Part shown: piece by piece, positions 24,020 to 38,515 of the stretch | Numbering within the stretch: the stretch's first letter is position 1 | Layout of the letters: each line of letters begins with the position of its first letter | NCBI RefSeq assembly: GCF_006345805.1 | Contig: NC_043007.1 | Span: forward strand, 8,618,001 to 8,682,000 | Length of the DNA stretch: 64,000 nucleotides | Direction of reading: 5' to 3' | DNA from: Octopus sinensis | Lineage: Eukaryota | The notes under the pieces: model-generated | What the model saw: only the letters and a program-made list of their open reading frames with translations | Database searches by the model: none | Told to the model about the DNA's origin: nothing | Program-made: the position numbers and the translations under genes

Positions 24020-26860
24020 ACCCATTAAGCAAATTTTGTTGCTGGGCCACTGCTTCCAGCCAGCTGCAGTAGACATCCGCCAAGGGGTCCCTGAACAAGT
24101 CCGGCATATGAAGATAAAACTCCTACAGCAGATCATCCAGCCCCGGTGATTTCTCTCTCGTGCAGTTAGCCATCGCTTCCCTTATTTCGTCAGGAGTTTT
24201 CGGCTTTTTGCACAGCGGTTTCCCCGTTGAAGAGTCGTGACAGGCTGCCGAGGTGGGTGATAAAGTGTATCTCCGTCTCTAGTTCACTGTCTGACCCCAA
24301 AAGTCGAACGAAGTGCTTCTGAAAAGTCGTATACACCTGTTAGAAATCAAGTCGTACGTGACCTTCAGGATCTGCCAAAGATCGAAACGTATTTCTTCCT
24401 TTTAGTTTTTGTCACGTTGCGTCTCTGCTACTTGGACCCATCGAATGGTTTTCATTCCTTTATGCCTTTGGGCACGCGCCCTAGCTCTGACAACACAACA
24501 ATCATGCTTAGCGTTGAATAATCACTCTCAATTGAAGAAGGACCAATCTCACCACCAGCGCCTCACTCACCATGTCTTTCATAAACGCCTCTTCTAGGTT
24601 ACAATCTTTGCCCTCTACTCTAGAATTATTTAATACTATTTTCTTACTAAACCTTATTGACTCTAATGTAATAACTTCTTGTGATCTGTCCTCCATCGGT
24701 TGTTCATAATTGCATCCGTCAACTTGATTAGTCCTTAACCTAGTCTCTGTAAACTTGGCGCGCCGAAAAGATGCGTTCAGTTTCTGGTAACCGAATCCCT
24801 ACCTATGAAACCAATCTAGGCCGTCTGTTAGGACTGTGGACAACCTATGCCATTTCTCTCCGCTAGCGTAGAGAACGCTTTATCTAGATACAATCTGTAT
24901 GATTTGTTGCTTGTTGCCCATGTCCACTTTCAGAAAATCACGAAATCCAGTCGATACCTGTTAGCCAGTTGGAAACGATTCAACAGATTTGCGATGCTTT
25001 AAATCCCCTCTCTTATCAGCTAGCCCCACACGATCCAGACGTGTATTCAAGATAGTCTTCAAATCGCCCTCTAGCACTAGAGAGTAGGAAGTTCCCAAGA
25101 AAACATCCAGACACTTGAAGAAATCTGTCCGCCCCGCCCTAGACAGGGCACACACGTATAAAGGTGCTACCTTCGCTACTATTCATTTCCAAAACCACCA
25201 ACTTACATTCTAGGTCCAGGAAGATCGAACCTATCTCGAGGCGCGGACCTTTCTGAAACAACACCTCTCCACTGACCCTATTCCGGGTCCAGTTAGAGAC
25301 GCGATGATCTCAAAGTCGCCGAAAGTGTGTGATAAGACGCGTGTGTCGGAAATCCTGGTCTTGCTGATGACAATCCAAACCTAGCAACATGATGTCATTG
25401 AGCAGGCGACTCTGTTTTTAGGATGACCCTAGGTCACGTGCATTTATACACTTCACTCTCAGGGATGTGACGTGGGTTGAAATGAAGGAGGAGAAAAAGG
25501 AAAAAGGTTACTTCTCCATTTGGACATTTTGATGTTCCTTTTATAACTCCTTCAAGAGCTTACTGCTGGCCTGTACGTTGCGGTTTCCAAAGGCATTGCA
25601 GGAAATTATCCTTCATTACTTAGTATGTTATCAACTTCAGTTTTATTATTTGCAAATTTTGTTTAAGGTAACGAGTTGGCAGAATCGGTAACGAGTCAAA
25701 CAAAACACTTAGCGGCATCTCGTCCGTCTTTACGTTCTGAGTTCAAATTCCGCTGTCGTTGACATTGCTTTTCATCATTTCGGGATCGATAAAATAAGTA
25801 CCAGTTGTGTACTGGAGTCGTTGTAATCGACAAACCATTCCTCCAGAATCTCATATCTCATGCCTATAGTCGAAAAGATTATTTTCATACTTTGTGACTC
25901 TTTGAAAACGCTGGACCTGAAGATTTCTCCGTCTTTTTCAATAATTTCATTTCGTGTGAGAAAGGACATCATCAGTTTTGTTTCATTCGTGCTCCACAAA
26001 GTTTGCAGTGAGTATGTTTTGTTGATGTGTTTTTGGTGTCTGTCTTCCAGTGTTGCTCCTGTGTGTTTTCTTTTCGTTGAGGTGGGTGTTGATGATGGTG
26101 TTGTTGTCGTGGATTTGTCTCTGATTGGTGTGAATGTGATTTCGATGGTGCTGCTATCGTGGTTGTGTGGTTCTTATAGGACGCATGTAGCTTTTTAAAA
26201 CAATTTGTTATTGTCTTTTTGTTTTTATTTTCTTGGTTGTTCCTCCTTTTCGCAGGATGAGATTTCCACGGTGGCAGGAGTTGTGTTTTCGTCAGTGTCC
26301 CTGTGTCTGCGTTTGGGTTAGAAAGAGGAGGCGTGAGAGGGAGTTAGGTTGGGAATTTTCCTGGGTGGCGGGTTTTCGTTTTGCTGTGGTGGGTGTCGTT
26401 ATTTATGGTTTTATTGGTGTTGGCACTGCAGCTGCTGTTCTTGCAGCTGCAGCCTCTGTTGTTTGGGTTGCTACTTCTATTGCAGCTGTTGTTGATACTG
26501 GTACTGCTATTGTTGCCCTTGTTTTCTCTGTTGTTGTTGTTGTTGTTGTTGTTGAGGCTGTGGTGTCATCAATTTTAGGGGCTTCCTCTTCTCTGATTTT
26601 TGTTTAGGATAGAAAGCTCTTAACATTTTGCACCACATAAATAGCATCTAGGCCGTCTATCCTCAAATGCGACATGCAACCTCACTCCATTAAGCTGGTA
26701 CGTAACGTCTGGGATCCATCCACACCACCATTCAGATTGATTTCCACTGTAGTCCTAAACTAAAAACTCCCTCTCCATTCATCTTATGTTGAGGAGGTTG
26801 TCACTGTCCTCCCAAACAACACAGACCAGCGACCACCAGATATCCCACCAGGTGAAACGC
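24020..26860 (-). mobile_element. Highly degraded L1/Tx1-like LINE (APE region, start of RT, possible ORF1 pieces) interrupted by SINEs
   Basis: Minus-strand remnants LVLEGDLK, FQKHF and KSPG.D...EFY with many stops. Confidence 0.55.
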
Positions 26861-27019
26861 TATCTTAACATGACATGTCCTTCTCCTTGAATATGTTGTG
26901 TAGAGGGTTTCACTCCATAGTTCTCTGTCATATATGTGGGAACTATGGAGTGCTTCAACACAAGGGCTTCACTCTTGAAGAGGATTTCCACAGGACAAAT
27001 AATAACAGCAATACTAATG

Positions 27020-27445
27020 GATTCAAAATTTGCAACAAGTCCAGTAGTTTTGAGGGAAGGGGTTAAATTGATTACATCAACTCCCCAGTGCATGACTGGT
27101 ACTTATTTTATTGACCCTGAAAAGATGAAAGGCAAATTTGACCTCAGTAGCATTTGAATTCAGAACATACAGATGTTAAGAAATGCTGCTTTGCATTTTG
27201 TCCAATCTTCAAAAAATTCTGTTAGTTTAGTGCTTTTCAAATTTTGGTGCAAAGCCAGGAATTTTGATGGAGGGGTAAGTCAATTACATTGACCCCAGGA
27301 CTCAACTAGTACTTATTTTATCTATCCTGAAAGGATGAAAGGCAGAGTCAACCTCAGCAGAATTTGAACTCAGAACATGGAGACAGATGACATGCTGCCA
27401 AGCGTTTTACCTGGTGTGCTAACAATGTTTTCAGCTCATCACCTT
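27020..27445 (-). mobile_element. Two tandem Nin-like SINEs
   Basis: Same consensus as 30290-30735 and 35200-35412. Confidence 0.8.
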
Positions 27446-27462
27446 CACAAAGGGCCCTAATA

Positions 27463-28701
27463 TTACGTTGGTAATTAAGTTCCCACCGTTTTCTTAAATT
27501 AAAATTTTTTAAAAGGTTTAATAAAAAATAACAACTAATTAATCAATGATGTATTCACTCTCGTTGTCTACAACTTCTTCCCAATGTTCAACAAGATTTT
27601 CAATACCTCGTTGGTAGAAATCATTCAACATCGACTTGAAAAATTGATCCAACCAAGCTCTCAATTCTGCATCAGTATTGAATGAAACTCCGTGCATAGC
27701 ATTTGAAAGAGATCAAAAGAGGTGGAAATCCGTTGGTGCCAAATCAGGAAAGTACAGCGGGTGTGGCAACACTTCCCAGCCATGTGTTTGAATGGCTTCC
27801 TTTGACCATATTGGTGATATGAGGGCAGGCGTTGTCATGCAGCAGAAGAACTCCATGCTGTCGATCAGGTCTTTTCTCTTGAATAACCATGTTGAATGGT
27901 TCCATCTGTTGAACATAGAGTTCTGCATTGACCGTTTGGTTCCATTCAAGCAATTCGTAATGGATAATCCCTTCCCAGTCCCACCATACACACAACATTG
28001 TTTTACGCGGATGAAAATCTTGTTTCACGTGCGGTGTTGATTGTTTACTGGAGCTAAGCCATTCCTTACGCTGCTTCATATTGATGTACAGGCGTCATTT
28101 TCCATTGCCAGTACCGATTCGGTAAAGAAATCGTCGCTTGTGTCCATGAGTTGAGCAGTGACGAACAAGCAAACCAGCGGAGATTGTGGCTCATTGATTT
28201 TTGTTGTTGTCACTTAAAGCATGCGGAACCCCGTGCTCCATACTTCTGAACATTTTCCATCAGGTGAAGATGCTTCTCTATAGCAGTGTGGGAGCATTCC
28301 ATTTTTTCTGCCAATTCCCTTGTCGTTTGATGAGAATTTTCATGTAAAAGTTGGTTTAATCACTCAAACTCAACTGGACGGCCAGAACAAGATGCGTCTT
28401 TGAGGTCAAAATTTCCATTTTTGAACTTTGCATACTAATCACGAACAATTCTTTCAGCTATGGCACCCTCTCCATACACAGCACAAATGTCGTGAGCAGC
28501 TTTTGCAGCCTTAGAACCTTGATTAAAAGCAAAAAGAAGGAGGTGTTCCATTTTAATGATCTGAAAATAAACAAAAATTAACTAAAATTAACTAGAAAAA
28601 GAAACAAAATAGATTCCAAAATTATTCAAAAATAGAATTCTCAAAAAAAAATAGATTCTAAAATTTAAAAATAAACGGCGGGAACTTAGTTGCCAACTCA
28701 A
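27463..28701 (-). mobile_element. Full-length degenerate mariner (Tc1/mariner) element
   Basis: ~29-bp imperfect TIRs (ttacgttggtaattaagttcccaccgttt / ttgagttggcaactaagttcccgccgttt), TA on both sides, HPRKTMLCVWWD, HDNACPH, HPLYFPDLAPTDFHLF; frameshifted. Confidence 0.92.
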
Positions 28702-28917
28702 TAGTAACAATAATAATAATGATGATGATGATGGTGAAGATGATTTACACATCTGGCACCAAACCAGAAATTTTTCATGCAGTGGTAGGAAGGCAGTTGG
28801 TTATATTGACTCCAGTGCTTGACTCACACTTATTTTATTGATTCTCTTCCGACCCAGAAGGATAAAAGGTAGATTTGACTTTAGTGGGGTTTGATCTCAG
28901 AATGTAGAAAACCAAAA

Positions 28918-29300
28918 CAGGCGTGGCTGTATGGTAAGAAGCTTGCTAACCAGCCACATGGTTCTGGGTTCATCCCACTATATGGCACATTGGGTAAGTA
29001 TCTTCTACTGTAGCCTCAGGTCAACCAAAGCCTTGTGAGTGGATTTGGTAGATGGAAACTGAAAGAAGCCTGTTGGATTTATATGTGTGTTTGTGTGTCT
29101 GTGTTTGTCCCCCCACCACTATCGCTTGATGACTGATGTTGGTGTGTTTACATCCCTGTAACTTAACTGTTCAGCAAAAGAGACTGATAGTATAAGTACT
29201 AGGATTACAAAGAATAAGTCCTGGAGTCGATCTGTTCAACTAAAGGTGGTGCTCCAGCATGGCCACAGTCAAATGACTGAAACAAATAGAAGAATAAAGG
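28918..29300 (+). mobile_element. tRNA-derived SINE nested in a Nin-like SINE
   Basis: Same family as 13105-13510; Nin-like sequence resumes after 29315. Confidence 0.8.
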
Positions 29301-29454
29301 AAAAGAATTTAAAAAATCCGTAAGCATTTTGTTTGATGCTCCAATAATTCTACTAACCTGCCTCATTTGTATTAACAAGTTTGTTGTATAAGAAAGACAA
29401 CAACGAAAGCCATAAGTACATGCAGAGCTTACAGACTAAAACACAAAAGAAGGC

Positions 29455-29793
29455 AGAAAAGTGTCGCCTTACTAGCACTTGTGCTGGTGGCATGTGAAAA
29501 AGCATTCGAGCGAGGTTGTTACCAGTGCTGCTAGACTGGCTCCTGTGCAGGTGGCACATAAAAAGCACCACTTGAGCATGGCCATTGCCAGGACTGCCTG
29601 AATGGCCCTCATGCCAGTGGCACGTAAAAGCACCCACTACACTCTCGGAGTGGTTGGCGTTAGGAAGGGCATCCAGCTGTAGAAACTCTGCCAAATCAAG
29701 ATTGGAGTCTGGTGCAGCCATCTGGTTTGCCAGACCTCAGTCAAATTGTCCAACCCATGCTAGCATGGAAGCGGACGTTATACGATGATGATG
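29455..29793 (+). mobile_element. RTE 3' tail fragment
   Basis: gtggcacgtaaaagcacc subrepeats, ggaagggcatccagctg, GAT tail. Confidence 0.85.
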
Positions 29794-30289
29794 AAGGCAG
29801 AAAAGTGAACAGTGGGGAAGTCATAAAGAGAAACCAGGGTGGGCGGGGTATGTAGTATTACAATTATAAAAAGACATCTTAAGACCGAAAGGTCTTTAAA
29901 AGACCACAATCTGTCCAGTTGTATGATCACAAGTTGGTAAGGACAACTTAGGAAGTATTCCATTTATGATGCCTATGACAGATTTGAACTCAAATTTATA
30001 AGTAGGTAGCCCAAAGTCACTCACCAAGCTATCTTAATTCATTAGTTGAGTAACAGAAAAGAGAAAATTAACAAACATCTTTGATTTTTACCTTTGATGC
30101 ATTGGATCATTGAGAAACCATCAAACCATTTCCAGTATAGATCATGGATGTTAAGGATGACAGTGATGATGATGATGATGATGATGCAAAACCATTTGTG
30201 GAGATTCTTCCTGCTCAAGGGATATACTTGATGCATTTCCCATTTTAACTCCATCACCAGATCCTTGATATCTTTAGTGGAGTCTGTAT

Positions 30290-30735
30290 ATTCTCTTCTA
30301 CTCTAGGCACAAGACCTGAAATTTTGGGGGAGAGGTCTAGTTGATTAGATCGACCCCAGTATGCAACTGGTACTAAATTTATCAACCCCGAAAGGATGAA
30401 AGGCAAAGTCAACCTTGACTGAATTTGAATTCAGAACGTAAAGACAGACGAAATACCGCTAAGCATTTTGCCATGAGGGCTAACATTTCTGCCAGCTCAT
30501 CAGCATCGCCTTATTAATAATTTTTTCTAGTCTAGGCACAAGGCCTGAAATTGGGGGGGAGAGGGGGCAGTCGATTAGCTCAACCCAAGTACACAACTGG
30601 TACTTAATCTATCAAACCTGAAAGGATGAAAGGCAAAATCGACCTCAGCAGAATTTGAACTCAGAACATAAAGACAGATGAAATACAGCTAAGCATTTCA
30701 CCCAGCATTCTAATGTTTCTGCCAGCTCGCCACCT
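30290..30735 (-). mobile_element. Two tandem Nin-like SINEs
   Basis: ccccgaaaggatgaaaggcaaagtc...gaactcagaac...ctgccagctc units. Confidence 0.85.
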
Positions 30736-31029
30736 TGTGGAGTCTCTATATTCATTCCTGAAATCTTTGGCGTATTATAAGAATATGCCCCATGCCATGA
30801 CCTAACAAAACATATGGAGGTGTATTTCTATCATGTTTGTTAGTGACATTTCACACATCATGAAGCAATATTTAAACTGTATGTCTCAGACAACACATAG
30901 TTGTATATCCCTACCATATGTTGGTCAGTGAAGTTTTACACCACCATGTAAAAATATTTATAACGTGTCGGTTAGACATATTGTGGTATTTAGAACATGT
31001 TGTTTAGACATAATTTAATAACTTGTCTC

Positions 31030-31645
31030 CCCCTCCTTCTTCTATTTTCCCTTCCACTTCCATAAGAAGCATTCCACAACACAAAAGATGAAATGTTGTC
31101 ATCCACCTAACTATAACCAACATACAGACACCATTATCGCACCACAAGGTGCAATACCATTACTGTGACAGCATGTCTATGGGCACAATATCTCAATTTC
31201 AAATGACACAGTCCACTTAGCTGTAAATGTAATCCACATTGCTTCAACATATTTAGACATTTATTGATATTTAGAATACATTTTTTTTTAGATCTATAGT
31301 CGTGTATCAGCATGTTAGACAACATATAGAGGCTTATCTTGAGCAAGACATTTTGGTAAATTCCATTGACTTGAAGGGAATGAATTGAATTCATTAGTTC
31401 AGGTAAATGAAATATTTGTTATGGTTGTAGTATTGTGACTACGGGTCACATTTACAGCTAAGTGGGCTGGGTCATTCGAAATTGAGATATCGTGCTCATA
31501 GACACACTGCCACAGTAATGATATTGCACTGTGTCAATGCAGTAATGGAGTTAGTATGTCGGTCAATGTTGGGTGGACGACAGCATTTCGTCTCTTGTTT
31601 TGTGGAATGCCTCTTTTGGAAGTGGAAGGGAAAGGAGGAGGAGGT
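31030..31645. repeat. Diverged inverted repeat (~210-bp arms), probable MITE relic
   Basis: 31030-31235 is the approximate reverse complement of 31443-31645. Confidence 0.75.
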
Positions 31646-32009
31646 CAGTTATTATATACAAAGTCAGAAAACAACACAGCTCCCATGACTTTCGGAAACA
31701 TTTTTTCATGCTCAGATTTGCTGAAGCATGGAATAAACTGCCTGCATCAGTTGTTGACTGCCATGACACTGCATCCTTTAAGGCCCTCATGCTTTCCGAA
31801 ATCCGCCGAAACTACACCTGATTATATATACACTTTAGATGAGTTGTAGTGCACCTGAGCACTGTACACAATTATTATTATTATTATTATTTTATATAAT
31901 ATCACAATTACCTTATGGTGGAGAAGTTTATAGTGCAAAACAAAAGCTGCAATAAAAACAAAGGGAAAAAAATGATTTTTTAAAAATCTCTTTTTATTTT
32001 TTAAAATAT

Positions 32010-32388
32010 CTTTATTTGTTTCAGTCATTTGATTGTGGCCATGCTGGGGCACTGCTTTCATGAATCTTTAGCTGAACAAATCAACCTTAGAACTTTTTCT
32101 TTATTTTAAGCCTGGCACTCATTTCATCGGTGTCTTTTGCCAAACTGCTAGCTTACAGGATACAAACGAACCAACACCAGTTATCAAACAGTGGTGGAGG
32201 AACACATACACACACACACACATACGATGTGCTTCTTTCAGTTTCCATCTACAAATCTATCAACAAGGCTTTGGTTGGTTCGAGGCTATAGTAGAAGACA
32301 ATTACTCAAGGTACCTTACAGTGAGACTGAACCCAGAGCCATGTGGTTGGGAAGCAAACTTCTTACCACACAGCCACTCCTGCACCTA
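32010..32388 (-). mobile_element. tRNA-derived SINE
   Basis: Same family as 13105-13510. Confidence 0.8.
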
Positions 32389-34630
32389 TCTGAACTTATA
32401 ATAAAAAAAAAGTCTATTCCTTTTATTTTATAACAAAGAACTTATAACTGAATTACAAGCTGTGAGTTCAAATCTGCTACAGGCATTATAAAAGGAATAC
32501 TTCCTAAGTTCATTTAGAATGTCCCTATCCAGTGGCAGATATTTATCTTTCCCAATTTGTCATCATACAACTGGATGAGTTGTGGTCTTTTAAAGACTTA
32601 GAAACAAACACAATGATTTATTTAAGTATGCACTTAATGGTCCACATCTGACGACCGCATTACACTCCTGTTGCCTTCTTCTCCAGTCAGGTCTCATTCA
32701 TTTGTATCTCAACTATTCTTCAACAGATGTAGAGGGAAACCTTGAAAAGAAAAACAAAAAGTAAGACTCTATTCTGGGATGAGACTAGGACAATGAAGTC
32801 TCATTCATCAGCACTAAAAATACCGAAAGATAATAATAAAGGCATCAAGATAATTTATTGATAACAGCCAACAACATTATCACTAGTCATGAATAAAACA
32901 TAGATATAGGTTCATATGACACCTGGTAATTAGCAGGCTTTTACTGTCTCTGCTGATCCTTTGTGATAACACTATATATATATTCTTTGACATAACCGAA
33001 AATGGTATCATTTTACAGGTCAGAAAATGCTTCAACCAGCCAGCCTGCCTGCCAGCCAGTCAACCAGCCACCCACCATGTGAGTTACTCAACACCAATAC
33101 ATGATGTTCACCCAAGTGTACCATTTACAACCTTGGAATAGAAGATCATCACCACCACCACCACCATCACCCTCCCACCACCGTTGCCGCCGTCGCCACC
33201 ACCACCACCACCATTCACGCTAATCAAATGAGTCTTTTTCGGGCTGCCTCTGTGTGTGTGCGTGTACGTGTGTAACAGCAGCACCATACTAGATATGGAA
33301 TCAATATACCATTGTGGCTGATAAGACATGGAGCTGGCAAAATCATTAATATGTCAGACAAAATGCTTTGAAGTATCTAAAATAAGTCTCTACTGAACAT
33401 TAGGGTTGATGGAACCAACTCGAACCTTCCCCCAAAATTTCAGCCCTTTTGCTTGCAGCAGAAAGAAATATTCCATTGTGAGTCGCACTTGAGCTTTGTA
33501 TATGGTTCCTAATTGTTAGGATCTGTAGTATTTCCTGGCTTTGATGAAGTGAACCAGTCTTTGTAATGCAGCATTTGCTACAGCTACCATATCTCCTTCT
33601 TTGCCATTGTTGATCTGTAAATGATCTGTACCTAAACCTTCTGTCACTGCAATTATGTCTGATGAACAAAATTTCAAATTAAATCCTTAAAATCCTTAAA
33701 TTCCTCTTTATAACTGCTTCCATAGGAAATTTATTTTATGCCTATCTTTTTTTTCTTCTCAACAACTGACTTTCAAATATTCAGATTGAATATGAACCAC
33801 AGAAACCTAGCAAGGTCTGCAGAAAAGCCATGAGGCTTGCTTTTCTCCTCACATCAGAATCCACTGTCATTTCATTTGTTAGGTTCAAAATTTCAAGATC
33901 TCACCTGACCACTTCTTCCAGCATAACCTTTCACTGGTTTTCGTCTGATTTCTCTGATATTCTTCACAACTTCTCACATTTGCATTATTCCCTTATATAC
34001 ATCAACCAATTCATTTAACCCTTTTACATCAGAAATCAGATCCATCCATCCAAAATTTAATTACCCAGACTTTCTTCTGTTGTGGAATATTGTGTTTGGA
34101 ACTATTTTCTCTTGAGATATGTCATGTTTACTGAGATAACGTGACTTGCAGAAAATACGAATTCTTTTCTTTAGGTAGATATTTAACATTGTTACTGAAA
34201 TAGTCACATAATTTAATTTTGTAGTGAAAGGGTTAATGCCCAGCTCCTCTCTCAACTCCCTCCTGACCCCATTTTCTTACAAGTTAATATTTCACATCTA
34301 AAAGGTTTTACTCAGCTCAATTTTTTTTGGTCTTTGCCAATCTCCCGCATGCAAAGCCCATCTCTCACTATTGTGTAGCCTTACTCTTCCTACATAGACT
34401 TCCTACTGTCTGTCGTTCATACAGGGACAAAAATCAATTATTACTAACAAAAGAAACATTTTTACTCAAGCAAACTAGCATAAGTTACCTGGGTTACGGA
34501 GAATATTGAACCATTCTTGGATAATCATCCAGGTTGCTGAAGGACTTCAATTCACAGGAGTTCCTATTGCTAGCTACCCCTATGTGTTTACTGCATCTTA
34601 TATCTTCTATACATCCTTACACACACACAT

Positions 34631-34680
<50 letters not shown>

Positions 34681-35591
34681 GTATATATCATCATCATCAT
34701 CATCGTTTAACATCTGCTTTCCATGCTGAGGACTGCACCAGGCTCCAATCTGATCTGGCAATGTTTCTACAGCTGGATGCCCTTCCTAATGCCAGCCACT
34801 CGGGTGCTTTTTATTTGCCATCTGCATGAGGGCCAGTCAGGCGGTTCTGGCAATGACCACGCTCAAAAGATGTTTTTTACGTATATATATGTGTATATAT
34901 ATGTATATGTATATACATGTGAGTGGACAAATGAAAGAAAGCAGCACTCAACACATTAAATAGGGGTTACATAAATGTTTATTTAAATCAGTTTGATTCA
35001 ATTCCATTCAACTTGAGCTTTTGCAGGCTCATTGCAGGAAGCTGAGCCCAGCAAACTAGGTCCCTGTAATGAGCCAATGAAACTTTAAGTGGCATGGGAC
35101 TGAATCAAACTCCTATTAAATAATGATGATGATGATGCTGGAGATGACAATAATGATAATAATAATAATAATAATGATGATAATAATAATAATAATAATC
35201 TTTTCTACTGAAAGCACAAGGTCTCAAATTTGGGGGAAGGGATTAAGTCGATTACATCGACCCCAGTGCGTAACTAGTACTTATCTAATCAACCCCAAAA
35301 GGATGAAAGGCCAAATCGACCTCGGTGGAATTTGAACTCAGAACATAATGGCAGACGAAATACTGGTAAGCATTTTTCCCAGTGTGCTAACGTTTCTGCC
35401 AGCTCGCCGCCTTTTTGGAGTCACGTGGAGCTTAGGTGTTTTGCTCATAAACACACACATCACCCGGTCTGAGATTCGAACCCACGATCCTTCAACTGTG
35501 AGTCCGCTGCTCTAACCTCTAGGCCATGTGCTAACGATTCTGCCAGCTTGCCACCATGTATAATAATAATATAATAATAATAATAATAATC

Positions 35592-36380
35592 AAAGCCTAT
35601 TAACCCGGAACTACCAGGCCAATGTGATGAAAAATGGAGCAGACCCAAAATGCATGATTGAAACAGTGGACCACCTAATCTCTCGATGTAAAGTCTTAGC
35701 ACCAGTGGAGTATAAATTAAGACATGACAGAGTTGGCCAATATCTACACTGGCTAATAAGTCGGCATTACAATATCAAAACTGCCGACAAGTGGTATAAT
35801 CACCACCCTGAGGCTGTAACTGAAGGAGAAAATGTAACGATTCTGTGGGACTTTTCAGTACATACAGACCGAACCATCAAGGCCAATAAACCAGATATTG
35901 TTGTGAAAGACCAAAACAATAAAGTTTGCTTATTGATCGACATGAGCATCCCCTGTGATCATAATATCTCAGCGAAAGAGTTTGACAAGCTCAGAAAATA
36001 TAAAGACCTACTCATTGAAATTGAGAAAATGTGGCATCTCAAGGCGGTTACAATACCAGTGATCGTAGGAGCACTAGGAATGATCAAGAAGGGAACCAAA
36101 AATTATATGAGAATGATCCCTGGCTTACCATCCCTGCAAGAAGTGCAAAAGATTGTCTTAACTGGTACATCACACGTATTGAGAAGAGCATTGTCGATGT
36201 GAGAACTGTTGCTGCTCATGTATTTTAATATAACTTTAAAAAAAAATTTTTTTTTTTAAATGAACGAACTATTGAGTTTGGTTTAATGGCCTACCAATGT
36301 ATACTATGAGTTTCTTTGCCCTAGGAGTCGGGAAGACACTTGGCAAGAAATGGAAGCAAATTTGAAAGAAGAAAAAAAAG
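35592..36380 (+). mobile_element. R4/Dong-like non-LTR element 3' fragment (CCHC knuckle + restriction-like endonuclease)
   Basis: ETVDHLISRC..RHD..ILWD..NKPDIV..LIDMSIP..KY; (AAT)n on both sides. Confidence 0.88.
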
Positions 36381-36817
36381 TAATAAAAATAATAATAATA
36401 ATAATAATAGTAATAATAATCCTTTCTACTTTAGGCACGAGGCCTGGATTTTGTGGGGAGGGGAACAGTAGATCACATCAATCCCAGTGTTTTACTGGTA
36501 CTTAATTTATCAACCCCGAAAGGATGAAAGGAAAAATCGACCTCAGAGGAATTATTGTCATCACCAGCATCATCATCAACATCATCATCATTTAATAACA
36601 GTTTGATTCAGCCCCATGCAACTCAGAATGTAAATACAGACGAAATACCTATTTCTTTACTACCCACAAGGGGCTAGACACAGATGGGACAAACAAGGAC
36701 AGACAAATGGATTAAGTCAACTATATCGACCTTAGCGAAATACTGCTAAGCATTTTGTCTGGCATGCTACCAATTCTGCCAGCTCACCGCCTTATGATGA
36801 TGATGATGATGATGATA

Positions 36818-37815
36818 TTAGAATCTGACAGAGTATTAACTATAAAAATGAAAAGAGAAATTGAGAAGGAGTACACCAGAATGGCAAGGAAACTAATAAA
36901 GGCTATAAATACTTGGGCAGTATTGCTACTTAAAAATTCAGCAGCTTTTATAAATTGGACAAAATCTGAATTAACAAATCAAAACAAAAGAACTAGGAAC
37001 GAATTCAATATGAATGGAGAACCTCATCCAAGAGCAGGAGGAGCAAGATTACACTTACCTGGAAAGGAAGGTGGTAAAGAGTTAATATCAGTAGAAGATT
37101 GTGTGGAGTTAGCTAGAGTAGATATAGACTCCTATGTGGATAATGGTGAGGACAGTTTATGGAAAGCTGCTAGAGTCACAGTAGTACACAAGGGAAAACA
37201 AAAATGAAGTTAAAAACCAGCAAAAAAGAAGAATGATTATCTGACTGGCAAGAGATGGCTTTGCATAGTAGATTCCCCCAAACAATTGCAGGAAATAGTA
37301 ATAGCGAGACATGGTTATGGTTGCAGAAAGGGAAGATGAAAAGTGAGACAGAAAGTTTGTTAGTAGCAGCACAAGGTCAAGCATTGAGGACTAATTTGTT
37401 AAAAGCCAAGCTATACAAAAACCAGATAGATTCACAATGCATGTTGTGTAAATCAAAAGAGGAAAGTGTTACTCAAATAGTAAGCAAATGTAGTATGCCG
37501 GCACAAAAAGAATACATGAAAAGACATGACAACCTAGGAAGAGTAATCCACTGGGAGTTATGTAGAAGCTAGGATATGACCGTACTGACAATGGTATGAA
37601 CAAGAACCTAATAAAGTACTAGAAAGTAAGAAATATAAGATGTTGTGAGACTTTAACAATCAGACTCACAGAATAATAGAAGCTAGATTTGGTAGTGGTA
37701 GATAAAGAGAATAGAAAGTACCAGATAATTGACTTTACAGTCCCAAATGTTGAGAAAGTCAATATAATAAAGTATAGAGAAAATAACAAAATATCAGGAC
37801 CTAGCCATTGAATTA
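36818..37815 (+). mobile_element. Degraded R4/Dong-like non-LTR fragment
   Basis: KAINTWAV, HPRA..RLHLP.KEGG, ETESLLVAAQGQAL, CMLC..ESVTQIVSKC, RHD. Confidence 0.85.
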
Positions 37816-38482
37816 CAAATAAGGGCACATCCCAGAGATCAGAAAATTTTATCCTTTCTTGTTACTAACATTTTGAGACATGTCCTATTGACCTTAAGGT
37901 TTCTAATCCTGAGAAACCATCTACCAAAGTGTGGAACTTGCTGTATTTTATTTATCAATTCAGTCTTGTGAAGCAGATGATTAGCATATTAAACTTTCCA
38001 GAATACATAGTTTACAAAAACATTTCCAATTGATTTGCATTGACTCATTCTGTCACTGCTTGTATTGAAATTCTTTATATAACTTGGTACAGATTATGTT
38101 ACCAAAGTTTTGGTATACACCGCTGTTAGTGTATATTGCCTTTGTAATGTTGCATTGTCTGAGTGCAATTGCCATATCAGAGTATCATGACAGAACTGCC
38201 ATGATAACCATTGTCTTCTAATAAAACTATATTGTTCTGTGTAATGTCAAAAAATATTGATGAGATAAGCTCAAAAAATTTCTATGTATGTATGTATGTA
38301 TGTATGTATGTATGTGTGTATGTATGTATACTGAGTCTATAAGAGAGAGGGTTCAACTGGTACAGCAGATTGGGGCTCAGACAGACAAGAAGGGCCCTAT
38401 GAGTATCTGTTGAGTCCTTCTTGAAACAAAAAAGCTTGGGGTGACTTGAATTTCTTTCAGAGACCATTTTATATATATATAT

Positions 38483-38515
<33 letters not shown>

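Noticed and set aside
26233-26607. Hydrophobic Val/Ala-rich ORF resembling a membrane protein
   Set aside because: Low-complexity GTT/GCT repeats; probably antisense to a decayed retroelement ORF1 region
33400-34020. Possible host exons
   Set aside because: Alternative frames give YKAQVR..MEY and EEVVR.DL..LNLT.EM, which are decayed LINE C-termini
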